This document shows positions 26,423-32,000 of a stretch of DNA of 32,000 nucleotides, in pieces (positions within the stretch are counted from its first letter, which is position 1; each line of letters begins with the position of its first letter). Source of the DNA: Candidatus Scalindua sp. GTDB taxonomy: Bacteria > Planctomycetota > Brocadiia > Brocadiales > Scalinduaceae. The DNA lies in NCBI GenBank assembly GCA_031316235.1, contig JALDRA010000001.1, positions 1,950,001 through 1,982,000 of the forward strand. The letters run 5' to 3'. The position numbers were made by a program, and so were the translations under genes. The notes beneath the pieces were generated by a model that searched no databases, was not told the DNA's origin, and saw only the letters and a list, made by a program, of their open reading frames with translations.

Positions 26423-28894
26423 TCAAACTGCCTGATTTACAGATTCCTGCTGTGTATCATCTTCAATATCAATTAAAGGCAGGGAAAACTTGAAAGTTGA
26501 TCCTTTCCCTCTTCCTTCGCTTTCAACCCACATCTTACCACCATGTCCCTCTACAATCTTTTTACAGATAGCAAGGCCTACACCCGAGCCGTCACTTCTG
26601 GCCTTTTCCTGAAAGAACCTGTCAAAGAGTTTGTGGTGCTCCTTCTTTGGTAAAGCTATGCCGATTCCGGTGTCTTTGACTGAAATTTCCAGCTCCTTTA
26701 TCTTTCTGAGAGCGGTGACCACAATTTCTCCGGATTCTGAATACTTGATTGCATTATCAATCAAGTTAGAAACGACCCTGGTGATTTCCTGCCTGTCTCC
26801 AAGGACTTCAGGAAGTCTATCCGGAACTTTTGTTACCAGAGACAAATTATTCTTCTCTGCTATAAGCTTCAGGCCTTCGGCTGTCTGCAGTATTAATTCC
26901 GTTATATTCAATCTCTCTTTTTCGTATGTAGCCCGGCCAGCTTCAAGAACTGATAATGCCAGGATGCTTTGAATAGTCTTCTGTAACCTTTGGATATTAT
27001 CATTGATTATCTGACTTAATCTTTGCTCTTTTGCCCTGTCTACGTTTTCCTTGTTTACTTCGATATTCCAAAGATCTATTGCCATTTTGACCTGTGCAAC
27101 GGGAGACTTTAATTCGTGAGATACATCACGAATCATTGTATCCTTCATCTTATCAAGGCTGCGCAACTCCTCATTTGCCTTTTCTATCTCAAGATTCCGC
27201 TGCTCTAACTCTTTGTTACTCAGCTTCAAATCTCTTGTCCTCTCCTCAATGGTCTTTTCAAGATTTGTAGTATAATTCTGAAGCTCCTGTTCCAACTTCT
27301 TTTGCTCAGAAATATCTCGAACAATCTTGATGACCGACTTCAGCCTGCCTTCGTTGTCTAGAATAGGATAAGACGCAATAGAGACATGTTTTTTGTCACG
27401 TGCTATGTAATGCTCAGAAGTTGCCGGGGATAAGGTTGAAATTGCCCTCATTGTCGGACAATTATCACAAACGGAATCCCGCCCTTTATAAATGCAGAAA
27501 CACTTCTTACCGATAATGTCTTTACCGTAGGTATCCATAGCAACCTTGTTTACCTGCAATATATTCCCATCTTTGTCCAGCACGGTCATGGTGTCTTTAA
27601 TAGCATTGAAAATTGACTCCATGAAATTACTGGTGGACTGAAGTTCCTCATTTCTCTTGGTTATTGTTGAGGTCATTATGTTAAATGAATTGGCAAGTTC
27701 CCCGATCTCATCCTTGGTGTGAATATTTACGCTTTGAGTCAGGTCTCCAGAGGCCATCTTTCTTGTCGCTTCCGTTAAATAGAGGATCGGAGCGGTCATC
27801 CTCTGTCCCAAAAAGACAGCCAGCACCAGCATGCCCATTGACAGTACGATCATAATAGAAGTAACTTTCCTATGCAGCCCGTAAACCGCCTGATACCCTT
27901 CATCAAAGTCAATCTCCGCAATAACTCCCCAGTCAAGCTCAGGAATCCAGCTCCAGAAACCTATGACTTTTACCCCGCGATAATCAATATATCCATCACC
28001 ATCATACCCCTCGTATCCTTTTAAGCATTCAGCCACAGACTTGGTCAATCTGCCGGTTTCAGGATTAGTCAACTTTGTTACCAGTGCCGTCCTCTTTGTT
28101 ACCATACCCTCCTTCTTCAGTTGAGAAATAAACCGAGATTCCGATACCATGAAACCTTGTTTGTTAATGAGGTATGTCTCACCACTCTCACCTAATTTAA
28201 TGCTTCTCATCAAATCGCTTATCTTCTTTACATCAACCCTGAGACACGCGACACCCATTATCCTGTTGCGATCCGCAATAGGAGTTGAGACAATCATGGT
28301 TGGCAGGCCGTCTTCCAATTGACCAAATTCATTTTCAATCGGGACTTCTGATGGAATTATCTGAGAGATGAACGTAATACCGTCCATCGCCTTTTTGAAA
28401 TATTCAGTCTCGGAGATATTCACGCTGTCTTTCCCTTTAGTGGTGGAGATTCTCACATTCCCCTCTGCATCACTTATCAGAATTTCCTTGTAACCATACT
28501 CATATTTGATGTATTCTGCATAACTCAACAACCTCCAGAATCTCTCATCCTGCATTGTTATTCTCGTTGCAAGGAGGGTAAAAGGGTTTTCCGCAAGAAC
28601 CCTTGCATCACCTTTTCTCTCTTCCAGCCACCCCTTGATCAGCTCAGCCTGTTTGTGCCCGACGCTGTGCAGATTCTGTATTAAAGTTTCTTTCAGTGCG
28701 TTCTGTGCCTTTGGATAGACTACCAATCTCATGACTACCAGCGGGATAAGAGCCAATATCACGAATAAGAGGATTGTCTTCTTTTTTATTGAGCAGAACC
28801 CGAAAACGTTTAATATGGATCTCAACTTTTGAAGGAATATGGGAGGTAATTTATCTTTTGCTGCTTCCAGGAAAAATATTCCTTTCTTCTTCAT
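26423..28894 (-). CDS. sensor histidine kinase: Cache-like domain, HAMP, Cys-rich PAS, HisKA, HATPase_c
   Basis: 823 aa. TMs flank an extracytoplasmic domain of about 290 aa. HAMP: PILYLTEATRKMASGDLTQSV...IGELANSFNIM. PAS, then a long coiled coil. H-box VSHELKSPV. N box SNLIDNAIKY. G boxes DTGIGI and GSGVGLAICK. Confidence 0.92.
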   Translation of the reverse strand: MKKKGIFFLEAAKDKLPPIFLQKLRSILNVFGFCSIKKKTILLFVILALIPLVVMRLVVYPKAQNALKETLIQNLHSVGHKQAELIKGWLEERKGDARVLAENPFTLLATRITMQDERFWRLLSYAEYIKYEYGYKEILISDAEGNVRISTTKGKDSVNISETEYFKKAMDGITFISQIIPSEVPIENEFGQLEDGLPTMIVSTPIADRNRIMGVACLRVDVKKISDLMRSIKLGESGETYLINKQGFMVSESRFISQLKKEGMVTKRTALVTKLTNPETGRLTKSVAECLKGYEGYDGDGYIDYRGVKVIGFWSWIPELDWGVIAEIDFDEGYQAVYGLHRKVTSIMIVLSMGMLVLAVFLGQRMTAPILYLTEATRKMASGDLTQSVNIHTKDEIGELANSFNIMTSTITKRNEELQSTSNFMESIFNAIKDTMTVLDKDGNILQVNKVAMDTYGKDIIGKKCFCIYKGRDSVCDNCPTMRAISTLSPATSEHYIARDKKHVSIASYPILDNEGRLKSVIKIVRDISEQKKLEQELQNYTTNLEKTIEERTRDLKLSNKELEQRNLEIEKANEELRSLDKMKDTMIRDVSHELKSPVAQVKMAIDLWNIEVNKENVDRAKEQRLSQIINDNIQRLQKTIQSILALSVLEAGRATYEKERLNITELILQTAEGLKLIAEKNNLSLVTKVPDRLPEVLGDRQEITRVVSNLIDNAIKYSESGEIVVTALRKIKELEISVKDTGIGIALPKKEHHKLFDRFFQEKARSDGSGVGLAICKKIVEGHGGKMWVESEGRGKGSTFKFSLPLIDIEDDTQQESVNQAV

Positions 28895-28942
28895 TTCAAA
28901 AATCCTTTGAAAAACAGAAATTCTAGAATGGAAAAAACCCTC

Positions 28943-28971
28943 ATTGTACAGTTTTCAACTATGCGGTACAA
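28943..28971 (-). promoter_or_regulatory. sigma70-like promoter candidate upstream of the histidine kinase
   Basis: Minus strand: TTGTAC, a 17-nt spacer, TACAAT. It lies about 50 nt upstream of the kinase ATG. Confidence 0.3.
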
Positions 28972-29013
28972 TCTATGATTGAAGAGAGAGCGCCCTGTTA
29001 TTTTCCTGAGCTC

Positions 29014-31737
29014 TCACTTACGGGAAAAAAATTTTTTTATGGGTTTTCCAGCCGGCAATATAAAGGAAAAGCGTTTAAAAAACCAGAAAATAAAAATCCT
29101 TACAATTTTTAAAACTAGCCGTATGGTAATGGTATCAAAGATGATTCTCTTAAACATTTTGCTGCCGGCGACTGAATGGAAAAGGGCCATCCTTAACACC
29201 TTGTCTTCTTTCGCAAGCTTGATTATTGAAGAAACCAGTCCTAGATGTGCAGTGATTGTTGCAAAAAACTTGACTGATTTACCATAAGAAAGATCGCCAG
29301 TTATATCAGAAAAGCCCTTAACGTAATCTTTAAATGCAACTTTGGATATACCAACGTCCATCATGATCTCCGCTGCCCTGATACCGGTAAGACAGGCAAT
29401 ATTTATACCCTTTCCCTTGAAGGCACGAATTATGCCGGCTGCATCACCTACCGTAACATACCGGTCACCGTAAAGATGTTTTGCCGGCGCTGTAGGGAAT
29501 TGCCATTTTCTGTAAATTAGTTCGTGACGCTGCATGGCAAAATTGGAGGGTAAAATCTTGTTTACCTGTGGTAGCAGCAGAAAGTTATCCATCCAGTGCC
29601 AGTTGACATCTGGACCCGCAATATTGATAGTAAGGTGATCAATTTTGGGAGTTACTGCACCAAACTCAATTCCCTTAAGTGACGGAAGGAATGCATGAAT
29701 ACAGTTTCCAAACCGTTTCATCTCTTTTTTCCCCGGATAAAACTTCGTTAAGATAGAACTTACCAGACGAGGCATTCTATAACGAGTGGTAGTTTCAAAC
29801 ACCTTACAGGAACCCAGATCTAAACCGAATGCACCAACTACAACGTCAGCCCTTTTATTATCCGTCTCACTATAAACCATTATTCCGCCCGGATCGATAT
29901 CAATGTTCGTTATCCGGCTTCGTATCACCTGAACCCCGGCATCATTTGCTTTCTGCAACAGGTAGCTATCAAATAATATCCTCCGTACTGCCTGAGAAAC
30001 CTCGCCATTGCCCTCTAACTTGATCTCATCGTCATCAGAGTGCAGATAGTATGCAGGAATTTCCTCCAATACGAGATTTTGTGGGAATGGGATCCCCATA
30101 TCTCTTTCCAGTATCTCTCTGATAGGAGGAGAAAGCACCCCAACACATGGATTAAGTTGTTTTTTCTCGCCATAATCCTTACCCTCATATAGTACGATAT
30201 TCAACTCCTTGTTACGTTTCCTGGCTAACCTGCTGAGGGTAATAGCGCATGCCGTTCCTGCAGGTCCTCCACCAATAATCACAACCGTTTGACCATCTTC
30301 AAGCGGACCAAATCCTTTATTTGCCATATCTTCTAACCGCTTCTCATGCCTTAACTCCCTGCCGCCAATAGTATATTCAATCGACAGCCTTACGAAGGCT
30401 GTGAGAATGATGGGGAGCAGCTTTATCTGCAGAATCGAATGGATGGCCTTGAAGAATGTCACTTTGTAGGGTGTGCTTCCTGTAAATAGATTCCATAAAA
30501 CGTCTAACTGTCTCTTGACGATGGTCGAATCTTTGCCTGTTCGAAGGAGTGCCAAGTAACTGGATGAAATATGTCTTCTGGAAGTTAAAAAATCATTAAG
30601 AGCAAATATCTTACTGCCATAATAGCTATCAGATCCGAAGAGTTTCTTGACAGGTTTATGATAACCCTTTAAGAAAGCCTCCTTTGAAACTCCTGATTCA
30701 AATATGGAACGTGCTGCTATTTCAGAGGCAACAAAAGCTGATTCAATACCGTTTTTAAAATATCGGGAGATTCCTGCGCTTCCCGTAATAACAAACCGGT
30801 GAGTAAACGGATGCTTAGCTGACCTGGTTTGTATCCTGGGAAAACAGATACAATGTTTCTTTGGCATCTTGAAGCCTTCCGGAAACATGTGACGGACTAC
30901 AGGGTGACCCATAAATTCAAGCAAATGGGCCTTGTTCAAGTCAGTATTACCAATCAATGAAACCGTTACATAATCACCCCTTGGCGTAATAGTAGCATAC
31001 TTTACTGATTTCATTCCAATCGAAAAGAGGTGAATCCTGTTCTTGAAATTTTTTTGAACATCCTCCTCCCCGAGAAAGATCTCTGCCTGGCACACCCTTA
31101 CGGTTCGAGGTGGTATATAACCAAACTCTAATTTCCTTATTTTATCCAGTATGCCGGTGTTCAACCCGAATGCCCCCACTACAAGGTCTGCGAGAAGTTC
31201 TTCTCGTACCTCTTCTTTCCCGTAAACTATTTTTATCCGGTCTGTCGGGTTTGATGGTAAGACAATATCTTTCACCAGCTGATAACGTACGGTTACCCCC
31301 ATGCTCTCCACATGGCTTAAAAGAAATCTGTCAAAACTTATACACTCAGATTGCTGTGAATACATAGGGCCGTTACCCCTGAATACCGTCACTATTTTTT
31401 TGTCAGGTGATGGTTTTGGGTTGCCTATCTCGATACCCCCGTCTTGAGTTTGGAAATAATAGCCATCAATTACACTCTCTATGCATTTATCAGGTAAAAG
31501 TATGTTTTGGCCCTTTAATTCTCCATACAGTTTTTCAGAAATAACACCCGCACAGAGGTTGCAGCCACGGGGTCCTTTCTGGTTGAAATCTTTCCCCTCA
31601 AATATCGATATCTTGATATTGATACCTCGTTCCCTGGCAAACAGAGATGCAAAGTGGGCAAAGAAAGACCCGGCAGGGCCTCCACCAATAATGACGATGT
31701 GTGAACCCTCTTTAAGGATAAAATTTTTATCTGCCAT
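29014..31737 (-). CDS. fusion of two paralogous FAD-dependent oxidoreductase modules (geranylgeranyl-reductase-like GGGPAG flavoproteins)
   Basis: 907 aa. Two dinucleotide folds: IVIIGGGPAGSFFA (aa 14-27) and VVIIGGGPAGTACA (aa 485-498). Each module repeats ADLVVGAFGL / ADVVVGAFGL. A GDAAG-type motif is intact only in module 2 (TVGDAAGIIRAFKGKG), against ITGSAGISRYFKNG in module 1. The C-terminus is hydrophobic and basic. Confidence 0.65.
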   Translation of the reverse strand: MADKNFILKEGSHIVIIGGGPAGSFFAHFASLFARERGINIKISIFEGKDFNQKGPRGCNLCAGVISEKLYGELKGQNILLPDKCIESVIDGYYFQTQDGGIEIGNPKPSPDKKIVTVFRGNGPMYSQQSECISFDRFLLSHVESMGVTVRYQLVKDIVLPSNPTDRIKIVYGKEEVREELLADLVVGAFGLNTGILDKIRKLEFGYIPPRTVRVCQAEIFLGEEDVQKNFKNRIHLFSIGMKSVKYATITPRGDYVTVSLIGNTDLNKAHLLEFMGHPVVRHMFPEGFKMPKKHCICFPRIQTRSAKHPFTHRFVITGSAGISRYFKNGIESAFVASEIAARSIFESGVSKEAFLKGYHKPVKKLFGSDSYYGSKIFALNDFLTSRRHISSSYLALLRTGKDSTIVKRQLDVLWNLFTGSTPYKVTFFKAIHSILQIKLLPIILTAFVRLSIEYTIGGRELRHEKRLEDMANKGFGPLEDGQTVVIIGGGPAGTACAITLSRLARKRNKELNIVLYEGKDYGEKKQLNPCVGVLSPPIREILERDMGIPFPQNLVLEEIPAYYLHSDDDEIKLEGNGEVSQAVRRILFDSYLLQKANDAGVQVIRSRITNIDIDPGGIMVYSETDNKRADVVVGAFGLDLGSCKVFETTTRYRMPRLVSSILTKFYPGKKEMKRFGNCIHAFLPSLKGIEFGAVTPKIDHLTINIAGPDVNWHWMDNFLLLPQVNKILPSNFAMQRHELIYRKWQFPTAPAKHLYGDRYVTVGDAAGIIRAFKGKGINIACLTGIRAAEIMMDVGISKVAFKDYVKGFSDITGDLSYGKSVKFFATITAHLGLVSSIIKLAKEDKVLRMALFHSVAGSKMFKRIIFDTITIRLVLKIVRIFIFWFFKRFSFILPAGKPIKKFFSRK

Positions 31738-31766
31738 ATCAATACCCGGTGTTTCTCAGATCCTTT

Positions 31767-32000
31767 CTATACATTTTTCAGATTACCAATCCGTTTGAAC
31801 CAGGTGAACACACCTGATATCGTGTTCCATGCCAGTGTGATCACGTCCTTCGGAACTGTCTTTGATAACAGCCGGGGATTTAATGCCTTATAAAATATTT
31901 CTTTATAGGGGATGTTTCCCGTTAACATGTTCCAGAGTATATCGTTCATTTGATCTGCAGTCCGCTTATCTTTGTCAGATTTTAAAAATTTAATGTGGCT
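31767..32000 (-). CDS. partial (3' end only): third paralog of the flavoprotein module, C-terminal tail
   Basis: The reading frame is open to the window edge (SHIKFLKSDKDKRTADQMNDILWNMLTGNIPYKEIFYKAL...). It aligns with aa 395-435 of the 907-aa protein (LLRTGKDSTIVKRQLDVLWNLFTGSTPYKVTFFKAI). The stop is 29 nt upstream of the next gene's ATG. Confidence 0.55.
   Translation of the reverse strand, partial: SHIKFLKSDKDKRTADQMNDILWNMLTGNIPYKEIFYKALNPRLLSKTVPKDVITLAWNTISGVFTWFKRIGNLKNV

Overview
The window is AT-rich (about 40% GC by eye) and bacterial, and about 90% of it is coding. I support 28 protein-coding genes and found no rRNA, tRNA or CRISPR array.

**Left half (1-15 kb), mostly housekeeping:**
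- a cupin / cupin-like / DUF2249 mini-operon
- an aspartate aminotransferase
- a DASS/SLC13 transporter with a Usp protein
- nadB convergent with a uvrB-nadC pair
- an AI-2E (PerM) transporter and comEA
- a divergent UDPGP-type nucleotidyltransferase-like gene
- hslVU

**Right half (15-32 kb), accessory and regulatory:**
- leucine-type amino-acid dehydrogenase plus a 2x[4Fe-4S] ferredoxin
- two tandem formate/nitrite (FNT) channels behind a 600-bp non-coding region
- a Cache-HAMP-PAS x3 sensor with no output domain
- a 2.2-kb IS-like element whose inverted repeats enclose both a DDE transposase and a Dam-class DNA methyltransferase
- dodecin and a MOSC protein
- a Cache-HAMP-PAS histidine kinase with a stand-alone receiver
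- an array of three paralogous GGGPAG flavoprotein modules, two of them fused into one 907-aa ORF

**Most notable observations:**
- the methyltransferase-carrying IS
- a structured intergenic repeat of about 135-170 bp, present three times
- a 3 x 381-bp in-frame tandem PAS repeat that ends the sensor gene exactly at a unit boundary
- the tandem FNT pair with a lysine-rich tail and a long upstream region that may be a structured leader
- the fused flavoprotein array

The gene content (tandem FNT channels, low GC) reminds me of anammox-type Planctomycetes. That is only a hunch and I cannot verify it here. All alignments and identity counts were done by hand.
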